From positions 53,333-117,332 of the forward strand of contig QKEW01000012.1 of NCBI GenBank assembly GCA_003251635.1: 64,000 bases of DNA, given 5' to 3'. Numbering within the stretch: the first letter of the stretch is position 1; each line of letters begins with the position of its first letter. The stretch comes from a bacterium. GTDB lineage: Bacteria; Patescibacteriota; Minisyncoccia; Moranbacterales; GWC2-37-73. This document shows, in pieces, positions 9,741 through 19,992 of the stretch. The notes beneath the pieces are model-generated. The model was not told where the DNA came from. It saw only the letters and a list, made by a program, of their open reading frames with translations, and did no database searches. The position numbers and the translations under genes are program-made.

Positions 9741-10883
9741 TTAAACTAAACTCTCAAAAACTTTCCGGACTTTTTTTGCGGCATTTTCCCATAAAAAAAC
9801 CTTGGCTCTTTGCACGGCCAGGTCAGTCAAGTTATTGCGCAAGTTATCATTAATGCATATATCATATAATGCTTTGGCAAATTTATCAATATCTCCCGGA
9901 TTAACTAAAAGAGCACTGTTTTGGGCCACTTCTTGCAAGCTCGGGATGTTGCTAGCCAAAACCGGAGTTTTTACAGCAAAAGCCTCTAGCAGTGGAATTC
10001 CAAATCCTTCATAAAGCGACGGAAAAACAAAAACTTGCGCCAGTTTATAGATAGCCGCCTTATCCTCCTCATCTGCGAATCCAGGAAATACTACGCAATC
10101 TTCCAGGCCATGTTTTCTGATTGTCTCGTCAATTTTTTGATCAAAATTATGAGCCTGACGATTGCCGACCAAAACCACCTTGAAATTTGGCAACTTGTCT
10201 CTTGTTAGTGCAAAGCTTTCCAGCAAAAGGGGGATATTTTTGCGTGGCTGCAAGGTGCCCAGATAGAGCATGAATTTTTCTGGCAAATGATATTTTTTTT
10301 GAACTTGTTCCAACTTTTCCGGTGAAATATCTTGCTTTTTATAATCCTCACTTAGGGCATTTTGAAAATAATCCAATTTGCTTAATGGAAGACTATAGTA
10401 TTTTTCCAGCTCATCCCGAGTAAATTTTGAAACCCCCAAAATTTTATCCGCTCGCTTCAAACTCAAGGGCAATAAGAAACGCAAAAAAAAGAGGTCGGAT
10501 TTTTTGATAAATTGCGGAAAAAAATTCCAAGAAATATCATGAATGATCGTAACTATTTTTATCTTCTTGGGTACAAAAAACGGTGTAATATATTGAGTCA
10601 AATAGACATCTACCGGGGTGCTTTTTAACTGACGCGCCAGGTCCCAAAAATTCCAAGAAAAACGATTCAATGTCTTGATTGAAATTATTTGAAAATTTTT
10701 CCGCTCGATAATTCCCAAGTTTTTAGCAATTTCGGCAATTTTCAACTCATCAACAACATCCGTAAACAAAAAATAGCTATTTTGTTCATCAATTTTGGCT
10801 AAATGTTGAACCAGATTAAAAAACACCACCTCATCGCCAGTTCGTTTTTTGCCAATCAAACGAATATCAATTCCGATTTTCAT
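9741..10883 (-). CDS. GT4 glycosyltransferase (MtfB-like)
   Basis: TIIHD, LGTLQPRKN, FVFPSLYEGFGIPLLEAFA. Confidence 0.93.
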   Translation of the reverse strand: MKIGIDIRLIGKKRTGDEVVFFNLVQHLAKIDEQNSYFLFTDVVDELKIAEIAKNLGIIERKNFQIISIKTLNRFSWNFWDLARQLKSTPVDVYLTQYITPFFVPKKIKIVTIIHDISWNFFPQFIKKSDLFFLRFLLPLSLKRADKILGVSKFTRDELEKYYSLPLSKLDYFQNALSEDYKKQDISPEKLEQVQKKYHLPEKFMLYLGTLQPRKNIPLLLESFALTRDKLPNFKVVLVGNRQAHNFDQKIDETIRKHGLEDCVVFPGFADEEDKAAIYKLAQVFVFPSLYEGFGIPLLEAFAVKTPVLASNIPSLQEVAQNSALLVNPGDIDKFAKALYDICINDNLRNNLTDLAVQRAKVFLWENAAKKVRKVFESLV

Positions 10884-10887
10884 GCAA

Positions 10888-12537
10888 TTATTTTCTCTTA
10901 TTTTTTATAAAACAAATTTCGCTTGTCAGTGAAACTGCTACCGCCAAATACACCCACAAAAATCCTAAAAATATCCCGGCATTAAACAAATTAGAAAACG
11001 TTATAGCAGTCCAAGCTAAAAGTAGGCCAATCGGCCAAGTTTTTTCCTCGGATTCAGTTAAATAGAACAACTTGATCGATTTTGCCAAGATCCCAAACCA
11101 AACAATCAGCCAAGCCAAAAATCCCAACAAGCCGGCTCCCAGCCAAATTTCCAGAAAAATATTGCTTGAATTTAGCTGGGTTCCCCGCTCATCCTCTCCC
11201 AATATTTTTCCGATATTTCCCCAGCCAATTCCTCCCAGCCAATGCTGGCCAATTTGTTGCCAGGATTTTTGATAAATTTCAGAGCGCACACTGACATTCG
11301 GATCGGGTCGTAAAATTGTGGTCACCCAATTACCTTGGGATTTTTCCATTTCAATTTCTTCCAAATTAATATGATGGCAACCCAGAACAGACAATTCTTC
11401 GACACTTTGGATTTTCTCCGGCAAGGCAGCGCGATCTTTGCCCAGTTTTACTTGGCAAGAAATTGTTATTTCCTGATCACCCGACGAAATACTTTGGGCT
11501 CGATTTAAAAACTCGAAATTACTTAAACTGAAAATCTTTATCAAGAAAAAAGCCGCGACTATGGAAACTATAATCCTGGATCCGATTTGACCAGACAATT
11601 TCCAATCCCATTGATTGTATCGCCAAGAACCCTTAGTCAAGGTCAACTTGCCCAAAAGGATAATCGAAAAAGCTCCAGCCAACCAAGCACTTCGAGTTAC
11701 GCTCAAAAATAAAACGACCCAAGACAAAGAAAAAATTACATAGACAAAAAAAAGATTAAGACCAGCAAACTCATGCCCAGTTTTTTCCTTTTTGTTTTTC
11801 TTTTTTATTTCCCATTTATAAATAAGCGCCAAAACGATTGCTTGAAAAAATGCCACGAACATACCCAGCCAATCAGCCTCCGCAAAAGTTCCATTGGGTC
11901 TGCCAGGCATAACCTCGAAAGAATCAAGCCCTCGCATAAAAAGCCAATTTTGCCAGATTGACCAAAACAGAACCAGCAAGCTCGACAAAAAGAAAAAAGG
12001 CAAGACTTTTTGCAGATCTTTTTTGTTTTGCAAAAACAGACGAGTCAAGAAATAAAGTACGCCCAAAGAAAGGGCCACCAAAGATTGCTTGAGAGCCAAA
12101 CCTTTTTCATTTGCGCCCAAAGCACTCACGAAACCGGCCAGAACAAAAAGAATAATCAAAATATCAAAAAAATTGATTCGAAATAAATTCAGTTCATTTT
12201 TGCGCCAAGTAAGTCTCAATCCCATGGCCAAAATCACCAACCCGGCTATCCACTGATAGGGTCGCAAAGAAATACCCAACAATCCAGGAGAAATGTTAAC
12301 ATTTTCCAAAACAACCGCTGCCAAAAAAAATGCAAAAGACCAAGCAGGTCGATAGAGAGCAAAAAGCAAAGCCAGGAAAGTTAGAACGCCAAAATCCGAC
12401 CAGTTGTTTAGAGGTAAAATATTTATATTAGAAAACCAAATCGCAAAAACCAGAAGCACCAAGACCGCACCCAGCAAATAAAGTCGGATATTTTTCCTCT
12501 GGTCACTATTGACAAATTGTCTAAAATATGCTATCAT
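10888..12537 (-). CDS. O-antigen ligase/polymerase (Wzy_C-like) membrane protein
   Basis: Multi-TM; RPNGTFAEADW, TRSAWL, NVSVRSEIY, GIGWG, NIFLEIW..GLLG; start chosen at ATG 12537. Confidence 0.8.
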   Translation of the reverse strand: MIAYFRQFVNSDQRKNIRLYLLGAVLVLLVFAIWFSNINILPLNNWSDFGVLTFLALLFALYRPAWSFAFFLAAVVLENVNISPGLLGISLRPYQWIAGLVILAMGLRLTWRKNELNLFRINFFDILIILFVLAGFVSALGANEKGLALKQSLVALSLGVLYFLTRLFLQNKKDLQKVLPFFFLSSLLVLFWSIWQNWLFMRGLDSFEVMPGRPNGTFAEADWLGMFVAFFQAIVLALIYKWEIKKKNKKEKTGHEFAGLNLFFVYVIFSLSWVVLFLSVTRSAWLAGAFSIILLGKLTLTKGSWRYNQWDWKLSGQIGSRIIVSIVAAFFLIKIFSLSNFEFLNRAQSISSGDQEITISCQVKLGKDRAALPEKIQSVEELSVLGCHHINLEEIEMEKSQGNWVTTILRPDPNVSVRSEIYQKSWQQIGQHWLGGIGWGNIGKILGEDERGTQLNSSNIFLEIWLGAGLLGFLAWLIVWFGILAKSIKLFYLTESEEKTWPIGLLLAWTAITFSNLFNAGIFLGFLWVYLAVAVSLTSEICFIKNKRK

Positions 12538-12550
12538 AATAAAAGAGTGG

Positions 12551-13786
12551 CTAATTTCTTTTCGATCTTTTCTTCCCTTTTTTAAGGGATTTTTCTTTTT
12601 CCCTGACAATATTTAAAAATCTATCCACAAAACTGTCCCAGGAAAATTTTTGACTTCGACCCAAACCTCTTTCTTGAAGCGCCTTTCGTAAACTATCATT
12701 AAGTAGGATATTACGCATTGTCAGGGCAATATCTTCCACATCATCAGGATTGGCATAAAGCACGGCATCATTTCCAACTTCCGGTAAAGAGGATTTTTTT
12801 GAGGTGAGAGTTGGAATTCCTTGCGACAAAGCTTCCAAAACTGGCAAACCGAAACCTTCATAAAAGGAGGGATACACAAACATGCTTGCATTGTGATAAA
12901 GTGCCGGCAAATCTTCTTGAGGCACAAATCCCAACAATTTGACCTCTTTTTTTAATTTCAATGATTTTGCTAAAACCTCCACATCTGTCACTAACGGCGC
13001 TAGCTGCGGCAGAAGCTTCCCACTAACTACTAAGCTGGGGACTTCTTTGAGTTTAACCGAGCGATTTTGATTGTAGTCAACCAACATCTTGTAGGCTCTC
13101 ATAGTGCCTTCCGCATTTTTTCTAACCTCCAAACCGCCGCCGGTATAAATATAGCCCTTTTTTAGACCGTATTTCTTCAAAACTCGCTGACTTTCAGCTT
13201 TGGAAACTTTTTGTCGAAAAATTTCATCCACGTCAATATAATTGGTAGCAATTTTCTCGGCGGCAATTTTCAAATGAGCAATCAAATCCTTTTCGCTTCT
13301 TTTGGAAACCGTCCAAATTTTATCAGCCCCACCAATCCCCTTTTCCGTCAACTTCCAGTAAAGTTTTTTGCGCCAATTGCTAAGATATTGTGGGAATAGT
13401 TTTGGAATAAGATCGTGGACCAGCATCAAATGTTTTGTGTTGTCATTTTGACAAATTATCGTCGGGCTCTGATAAAGACTAAAGAAAAAATCACAGCCAT
13501 CGCGACGAATTTTTCCAGGCAGACAAAATTTTTCCCACCAAATTTTGCGAATCAGATCATCTCGCTTCCAAGCTGGCAGAAAAATTCTTTTTTTAAAATT
13601 TCTGGGCAATCTACCGCCTAGCAGTTTATTTGGAAAATCTTCCTCTAAATACAAAAAATACTGCGTTTTGGAAACGCCTTTGGAAGCCCTCTCTTTTTCA
13701 ATTAATTTCTTGAGAAAATTGACACTTACCTGCCCAATTCCAGTGCCTGGTTTTCGCAAAAAAGAAGCATTTATTCCAACTTTCAT
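12551..13786 (-). CDS. GT4 glycosyltransferase (MtfB-like)
   Basis: VHDLIP, GGLEVRKN, YPSFYEGFGLPVLEALS. Confidence 0.93.
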   Translation of the reverse strand: MKVGINASFLRKPGTGIGQVSVNFLKKLIEKERASKGVSKTQYFLYLEEDFPNKLLGGRLPRNFKKRIFLPAWKRDDLIRKIWWEKFCLPGKIRRDGCDFFFSLYQSPTIICQNDNTKHLMLVHDLIPKLFPQYLSNWRKKLYWKLTEKGIGGADKIWTVSKRSEKDLIAHLKIAAEKIATNYIDVDEIFRQKVSKAESQRVLKKYGLKKGYIYTGGGLEVRKNAEGTMRAYKMLVDYNQNRSVKLKEVPSLVVSGKLLPQLAPLVTDVEVLAKSLKLKKEVKLLGFVPQEDLPALYHNASMFVYPSFYEGFGLPVLEALSQGIPTLTSKKSSLPEVGNDAVLYANPDDVEDIALTMRNILLNDSLRKALQERGLGRSQKFSWDSFVDRFLNIVREKEKSLKKGKKRSKRN

Positions 13787-13994
13787 ATGAATTCATTATA
13801 ACAGATTTTCAAAAAAAGAGAATAAACTTAGCAGGCACTAAATTTTGGCTTATTTTACTATTATTAAAGTTTTTATTGGAAAATATATTCATCAATTCAA
13901 ATCTCAAAGAAAGGCTTTTTTAACTTGTGTCTTAATTGAAAATGTTTTATTATTTAACAAGTATAAATAATGTAATGATTTTGAAGGAAACTCT

Positions 13995-15275
13995 ATGAAA
14001 ACAGAAAAAGGAAGGGTTTGCATAATTGGTTTGGGCTATGTCGGCCTCCCATTGGCAGTTCAATGCGCCCTAAAAGGATATCAGGTTTTTGGTTTGGAAA
14101 ATGATGCCAAAAAAATTCAAAAAATCAATGCCGGGAAAAGTCCGATTAATGAGGATTTCTTAAACGAAAATTTACCAAAAGTTGCAATAAAGGCCACGTC
14201 AGATCCTTCAATTATCCAAAAATGCGACATTTCCATTGTCTGTGTGCCAACTCCGATTGATGAAAATTATTTTCCAGATTTGACTCCGGTCAAAAATGCG
14301 GTCAAAGCGGTAGTGGAAAATTTGAAAAAAGACCAATTGGTAGTTATTGAATCCACCATCAATCCGGGTGTTTGCGAAGAAGTGGTTGAACCGATCTTTG
14401 CCGAAGCTGGTTATAAAATTGGCCAGGACTACGAAATGGCCCATTGTCCGGAAAGAATAAATCCCGGAGATCCTAAATGGAATGTGACCAACATTCCTCG
14501 CGTAATAGGCTCATTCACCAAAAAGGGTCTTGGCGAGGCGGCCAAGTTCTATGAGGATATTATTGATGCCCCGATCATGAAGATGAAATCGATTCGGGAA
14601 GCCGAAGCGGTTAAAATTGTTGAAAATTCTTTCCGTGATATCAATATCGCTTTCGTTAATGAATTGGCCAAATCTTTTGATAAACTTGATATTGACTTAA
14701 ACGATGTTATCAAAGGCTGTGCCACTAAACCGTTTGCTTTTATGCCACACTTCCCTTCCTGCGGTGTTGGTGGCCATTGTATTCCAGTTGATCCGTATTA
14801 CTTGATTGAACGAGCCAAAGCCAGTGGTTTTGATCATGAATTTTTGAAAATTGCCCGCAAAGTTAACAATTCCATGCCAGAATATACGGTTGAATTGATG
14901 CAAGATGCTCTCAATAAATTAAAAATCGCCCTAAATGGCACAACGGTTGGTGTGCTGGGAATTTCCTACAAAGCCAATGTGGCTGATTTGCGCGAATCAC
15001 CGTCACTAAAAATCATCAAGCACCTAAAAAGACATGGCGCCAATGTCATCACTTTTGATCCCTACGTTTTGGAAAGCTCCAGTGAAAAAACTTTGGAAAA
15101 ATTTTTGCAAAAAGCCGATGCTATAATTTTGGCCACTAATCATCGAGAATTTGAACGGCTCGATCCTCAAATTTTTGAAAAATATAAAGTTAAGGCGATT
15201 GTTGATGGCAAAAATTGTCTTGATCCTGTCGCCATTCGAAAATTAAAAATTGTCTACAAAGGAATCGGCCGCTGA
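13995..15275 (+). CDS. nucleotide-sugar dehydrogenase (UDP-GlcNAc/ManNAc 6-dehydrogenase, WecC/WbpA/WbpO-like)
   Basis: GLGYVG, CVPTP, IEST, CPERINPG, ENSFRDINIAF, GVGGHCIPVDP, DLRESP. Confidence 0.92.
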   Translation: MKTEKGRVCIIGLGYVGLPLAVQCALKGYQVFGLENDAKKIQKINAGKSPINEDFLNENLPKVAIKATSDPSIIQKCDISIVCVPTPIDENYFPDLTPVKNAVKAVVENLKKDQLVVIESTINPGVCEEVVEPIFAEAGYKIGQDYEMAHCPERINPGDPKWNVTNIPRVIGSFTKKGLGEAAKFYEDIIDAPIMKMKSIREAEAVKIVENSFRDINIAFVNELAKSFDKLDIDLNDVIKGCATKPFAFMPHFPSCGVGGHCIPVDPYYLIERAKASGFDHEFLKIARKVNNSMPEYTVELMQDALNKLKIALNGTTVGVLGISYKANVADLRESPSLKIIKHLKRHGANVITFDPYVLESSSEKTLEKFLQKADAIILATNHREFERLDPQIFEKYKVKAIVDGKNCLDPVAIRKLKIVYKGIGR

Positions 15276-15294
15276 GAAAAATTAAACTAAATTT

Positions 15295-15531
15295 ATGTTT
15301 CATTTGATAAAATATACATTGATTTTGATTGGACTGTTAACGGTTGCCTATTTTCTCTTGCCTAGATTCGGCTACAAAATTAATATGAATTATTTTACCG
15401 AAAGCAAGCAGGAATGTCAGCAACGTCTCAATGATTGTGGTCAAGAGTTGGTCAGACAGGGTACTGAAAATGCCCAATGCAGTCTTGATTGTGTTGATCC
15501 TAAATTGATTATTAAAAAGTCAGAAAATTAA
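15295..15531 (+). CDS. small membrane-anchored protein with 4 Cys, unknown function
   Basis: Fills the gap in the operon with ~20-bp spacing each side; N-terminal TM then ECQQRLNDC...CSLDC. Confidence 0.75.
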   Translation: MFHLIKYTLILIGLLTVAYFLLPRFGYKINMNYFTESKQECQQRLNDCGQELVRQGTENAQCSLDCVDPKLIIKKSEN

Positions 15532-15551
15532 ATAAATTAGAGTAAATAATT

Positions 15552-16508
15552 ATGAAACTAATCGTTAATCTCCCTGCTTTTAATGAAGCGGAAAAGATAG
15601 CTCAAACCATTCAAAAAATTCCTCGAAAAATCGAAGGGATTGATGAAATTTTTGTTCAAGTTATCGATGATGGATCCAAAGACGGTACCGCCAAGATAGC
15701 CAAAGAAGCCGGAGCTGACTATGTTTTTTCGCACCAAGTTAATCGAGGAATCGGCATCACCTTCCGCACTGCCGTAGAAAAATCTCTGGAAAATGAAGCT
15801 GACATCATGGTCAACATTGATGCTGATGGTCAATTTGATCCAAATGATATCGCAAAAATCATCAAGCCGATCTTAAACGGCGAGGCAGATATGGTCAGTG
15901 CTGACCGCTTTGGGGATCACAAAGCTCAAAACATGCCGGCTGCCAAATATTATCTCAATCGTATTGCCGCTTGGATCATTGGAAAATTCATGAATTTCAA
16001 CATAAAGGATCTAACTTGCGGTTTTCGGGCCTACAACCGCGAAACTCTTTTGCGTCTGAATTTACCAGGACAATTCACCTACACCCAAGAAGTTATAATT
16101 GATGCCCTGGGTAAAAATCTTAAAGTCATGTGGATTCCGGTAATCGTTACCTATTTTGCCGAAAGAAAATCCCGAGTGGTAAAAAGCATCTATAAATATG
16201 TCAACAACAGCGCTCGCATTATTCTCAAAGCCGTGCGCGACGTCAGACCGATGAAATTTTTCGGAATCCCGGCTTTAATTTTAATTACCATCTCTGTTGG
16301 AACCTTCATTTACTTTGCGTCGCTCTACTTCCAAGATTTCAAAATAACCCCCTATCGAAATTATTTGCTCTTAGCTATCACTTTTCTCTTGATCGGTTTG
16401 CAATTTTTAGTGTTCGCTTTAATGGCTGATATGATCAAATCCAATCGCAAACTAACCGAAAGCCAGATGTATCTTATGAAAAAGGAAAAATACCAGAAAA
16501 AAAATTAG
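15552..16508 (+). CDS. GT2 glycosyltransferase (DPM1/GtrB-like) with two C-terminal TMs
   Basis: PAFNEA, DDGSKDGT, IDADGQF, DLTCGFRAY. Confidence 0.9.
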   Translation: MKLIVNLPAFNEAEKIAQTIQKIPRKIEGIDEIFVQVIDDGSKDGTAKIAKEAGADYVFSHQVNRGIGITFRTAVEKSLENEADIMVNIDADGQFDPNDIAKIIKPILNGEADMVSADRFGDHKAQNMPAAKYYLNRIAAWIIGKFMNFNIKDLTCGFRAYNRETLLRLNLPGQFTYTQEVIIDALGKNLKVMWIPVIVTYFAERKSRVVKSIYKYVNNSARIILKAVRDVRPMKFFGIPALILITISVGTFIYFASLYFQDFKITPYRNYLLLAITFLLIGLQFLVFALMADMIKSNRKLTESQMYLMKKEKYQKKN

Positions 16509-16520
16509 TCATATTGTTAT

Positions 16521-17594
16521 ATGAAAATTCTTTTTATATCTCATACTTATCCGCCCATCAGAGGCGGGGTTGAAACTCAAAATTTTGAAATTTTCTCCTG
16601 GCTGTCAAAAACCGAAGATGTAAAACTTATTGCCAACAAAAAAAGATGGCTGATCCCGTTTTTTTTCGGTTACGCAGCTATTCGAGTACTTTTTGAAGCC
16701 AGAAAATATGACGTTGTTTTGCTTGGAAGTTGTATCTTGGCTCCAATAGGCTGGCTAATAAAAAAAACCGGTCGAACTCCGGTTATTTCAATAGCTCATG
16801 GATTAGATTTAAACTGGAACAATCCCCTTTACCAATTTTTTTGGCCAAAATTTTTCGTTCCGGTTCTAGACAAATTGATTGCAGTTGGTAATGAAACCAT
16901 TGCGGTTGGCACAGCTAGAAATATACCTGAAGAAAAATTTGTTTTCATTCCAAATGGAATCGAAATAGAAAAGTTTTTCAAGCCACACTCCACAGTTGAA
17001 CTTGAGGAAATAATCAATGAAAAACTAAATGGACGAAAAGTTATCCTATCAACCGGAAGATTAGCTAAACATAAAGGCCTCGATTGGTTTTGCGAAAAAA
17101 TTCTGCCGTCACTTCCGGATGATATTATTTTCTTGATTGCCGGTGATGGAGAGAAAAGATCTGATATTGAAAAAATAATCAAAGAAAAAAAATTACAAAG
17201 CAAGGCGAAAATGTTGGGACGTGTGAATGATCAGGAATTAGAAGTTTTATACAACACGGCTGACATCTACGTTAAACCTAACATTAAAGTTGAAGGAACA
17301 ATGGAAGGCTTTGGCATAGTTGTGATTGAAGCAGCCTCCTGTAAACTTCCGGTGGTAGCAACAGACTTGGAAGGATTAAAAGACGCCATCAAAGACAATC
17401 AAAACGGATTTTTGATTGAACCAGGCGATGCCCAAGGCTTTGTCGACAAAATTAAGCAACTTTTGGATGACGAACGATTCAGAAAAGAGTTTGGTGAAAA
17501 AGCCCGTCAGTTCATTTTGGAAAACTACCAGTGGAAAAATATTTCACAAAAATATATCGAAGAGATTTCTAAGGTTTTGCAAAAAAATAAATAA
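16521..17594 (+). CDS. GT4 glycosyltransferase (PimB-like)
   Basis: YPPIRGG, AHGLD, GRLAKHKG, EGFGIVVIEAAS. Confidence 0.92.
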   Translation: MKILFISHTYPPIRGGVETQNFEIFSWLSKTEDVKLIANKKRWLIPFFFGYAAIRVLFEARKYDVVLLGSCILAPIGWLIKKTGRTPVISIAHGLDLNWNNPLYQFFWPKFFVPVLDKLIAVGNETIAVGTARNIPEEKFVFIPNGIEIEKFFKPHSTVELEEIINEKLNGRKVILSTGRLAKHKGLDWFCEKILPSLPDDIIFLIAGDGEKRSDIEKIIKEKKLQSKAKMLGRVNDQELEVLYNTADIYVKPNIKVEGTMEGFGIVVIEAASCKLPVVATDLEGLKDAIKDNQNGFLIEPGDAQGFVDKIKQLLDDERFRKEFGEKARQFILENYQWKNISQKYIEEISKVLQKNK

Positions 17595-17609
17595 TCAAAA
17601 ATATTCACA

Positions 17610-19586
17610 ATGTTCGCTTTTATTTTCAATCAAATTTTATTTTATTTTGGTGTAGTCTTGTTGCTTTTTTTGCCAGGCTATTTTTTGCTTAGAGTCATCT
17701 TTAAGCAAAAAAGTCCTTTTTCAAGTGAAGAAAAGTTTTTGCTTTCTTTGGCTTTGAGTGTCGGAATAGTTGATTTTTTTATGCTGATTTTAGGTAAAAT
17801 CGGCCTACCCTTGAGCCGCGGCTTTTTATTTGGCACGGTTTTTCTTTTCATTGTCCTTCTGATTTACCTGCCTTCTTTATTTGATAAGATAAAATTTTTA
17901 CGCCAAATCAAAAAAAGATTGGCTATTAAAAAAGCTGGGATAACTTTTGAAAAATTACCCAGACTTTCTCAAAAACAAAAACTTCTGATTATCCTGACTC
18001 TATTTTTGACTGTTTTTATAAAAACGATTTATCTGGAAAAAACGGTTTTTCCGACTTCAACTGACATGGGCCATCACATGTATTGGGCAAAACTGATTAC
18101 TACCAGTGAGCAGTTACCCGTTTATGTTGAATCCGATATCATTCAAACATCCGGTGGCTATGCCATTAGCCAACCCGAACCAATCGCTGATTTTATTATT
18201 GGCGAACATTTAATTTTTGCCGCTTTGGGTTCCCTGACTAAAGCGGATTTTGTTTCGGCCTTCCCTTCCTTGGTTTTATTGCTTTTTAATATAGCCACCG
18301 CTTTAGCAATTTTTGTTTTGGCTCGTCAAATTTTTCAAAAACATCCACAAGGATCAAACATTGCGATCTTGGCCTTGTTTCTGGCTGGTCCCCTTTTCGC
18401 CTTAGCTTCTCCTCAAGCTAAATTTGTCAGTGGCGGTGTCATTGGCAACACCTTGGGAAACTTTTTTATTCCCATCATCCTGTTGCTTTTGTTGAAAGCT
18501 CTTGAACAAAGAAAATCCGTCTTTCTTAGCTTGGCCTTATTTTTGAGCCTAACCTTGGTTTATACTCATCACCTCAGCACCTTTGTTTTTCTTTTTTCTT
18601 TGATTTCTACTTTTTTGATCTTTTTTCTTTTTAATCTCAAGAAAATCCCAGCCTATCTGAAAAATTGGCTACGACTTATAGCTAGTCCCTGGATTTGGCT
18701 GGTTATCGTTTTTGGAATTTGGATGGTATTTGAAATTTATATTCCCAGCTATCTCAATTCTTCAGCGGTAGGAACAGCTGTCGGCACACCATCTAAATCA
18801 ACTCGAACCGGATTAAGCTTTCAGCAATTAGCCTCAGCTACCGGTCAAATTCGTCTAATTTTGGCGCTCTTAGGAATGATCTTGATTGTCTGGCAAAAAA
18901 GATTGCGCAACTATGGTGAAACACTGTTGTTTGCTTGGGCTTTCGTTATTTTCATCATGTCCCTTTTCCCAGGATGGCTTTTTGTGGATATTCCTTCGAG
19001 TCGAATTGGCAATTATCTAATTTTTCCACTAATAATCCTTGCGGCTTTTGCCTTGGTAGAATTTTTCAACTTTTTCAAAACTCAAAATTCGTCCAGATTC
19101 ACCTTTTTGAAACCTTTCTATGTTATATTGATTTTCTTCATTCTTAGCGCCCTGATTGCTCAAAATGGAATGTCAGACAATGCTACTTCACTTTCTGATG
19201 GTGGAAATTCTCAAGCTGCCCTTCAAACTTTTCAAGCCTCAGCTTATTTATCCAAATTTACCAATTCCAAAGACGTGGTTTTGAAAGACCATAACTATCT
19301 GACTGCTGATTCTTGGATTAAACTCTATTTCATGAACGGCTACAACTTCCCCTTTTCTCGCAGTTATTTCAAGCGCTATGAGGATGCCGTCAATGAGCGG
19401 GAGCAGTGCACCTTGCAAATGATCTCAACGCCCAATTCTCCCGAGGCGCAAAAATGCTTTGAAGGAACTGGCGTAAATTTCTTAATGATCAATCCGCTCT
19501 ATGACAGCGCCCAATTCAAAAAAAATCGAGAATTTTGGCAAATTTATTCTTCGGATGAAATCGGAATTTTCTATAAAACTGACTAA
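17610..19586 (+). CDS. polytopic membrane protein, probable GT-C-fold glycosyltransferase
   Basis: Many TM segments; early external loop STDMGHHMYW, THHLS motif, soluble C-terminal domain; family assignment is inference. Confidence 0.55.
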   Translation: MFAFIFNQILFYFGVVLLLFLPGYFLLRVIFKQKSPFSSEEKFLLSLALSVGIVDFFMLILGKIGLPLSRGFLFGTVFLFIVLLIYLPSLFDKIKFLRQIKKRLAIKKAGITFEKLPRLSQKQKLLIILTLFLTVFIKTIYLEKTVFPTSTDMGHHMYWAKLITTSEQLPVYVESDIIQTSGGYAISQPEPIADFIIGEHLIFAALGSLTKADFVSAFPSLVLLLFNIATALAIFVLARQIFQKHPQGSNIAILALFLAGPLFALASPQAKFVSGGVIGNTLGNFFIPIILLLLLKALEQRKSVFLSLALFLSLTLVYTHHLSTFVFLFSLISTFLIFFLFNLKKIPAYLKNWLRLIASPWIWLVIVFGIWMVFEIYIPSYLNSSAVGTAVGTPSKSTRTGLSFQQLASATGQIRLILALLGMILIVWQKRLRNYGETLLFAWAFVIFIMSLFPGWLFVDIPSSRIGNYLIFPLIILAAFALVEFFNFFKTQNSSRFTFLKPFYVILIFFILSALIAQNGMSDNATSLSDGGNSQAALQTFQASAYLSKFTNSKDVVLKDHNYLTADSWIKLYFMNGYNFPFSRSYFKRYEDAVNEREQCTLQMISTPNSPEAQKCFEGTGVNFLMINPLYDSAQFKKNREFWQIYSSDEIGIFYKTD

Positions 19587-19597
19587 ATTTTAAGACC

Positions 19598-19990
19598 ATG
19601 CTAAACAAAATAAACAAAAAAATTATCCGTCAAAACATTTTGGTTTTTATCCTAAGTTTTTTTATCTTGATAAGCTTTTTCTATTTGGCCCTATTGGAAA
19701 AAAAGCAACAGGATTTGGATTGGCAGAAAAATTGGTGGTCGCTCTATTTCAACAGTCCCAAAGGCAACGGGCTGGATTTCACCATTGAAAATCACAGTGA
19801 AAGTGAGAATTTTCATTGGGAAGTCTATTTGGAAAAATCAAAAAGCTATGAAGGCAATTCCACCATCCCCAAGGGTGATAAAAAATCAATCCTAGTAAAT
19901 TCCCTGGGCTTAAATGACAAAAAAGTTGTCATCAAAGTAACCAGCAATGACAAAAATAAAGAAATTTACAAAATAATCAGCACAAAATAA
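19598..19990 (+). CDS. single-TM hypothetical protein with beta-rich external domain
   Basis: In operon (11-bp and 2-bp gaps); N-terminal TM. Confidence 0.75.
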   Translation: MLNKINKKIIRQNILVFILSFFILISFFYLALLEKKQQDLDWQKNWWSLYFNSPKGNGLDFTIENHSESENFHWEVYLEKSKSYEGNSTIPKGDKKSILVNSLGLNDKKVVIKVTSNDKNKEIYKIISTK

Positions 19991-19992
19991 TC

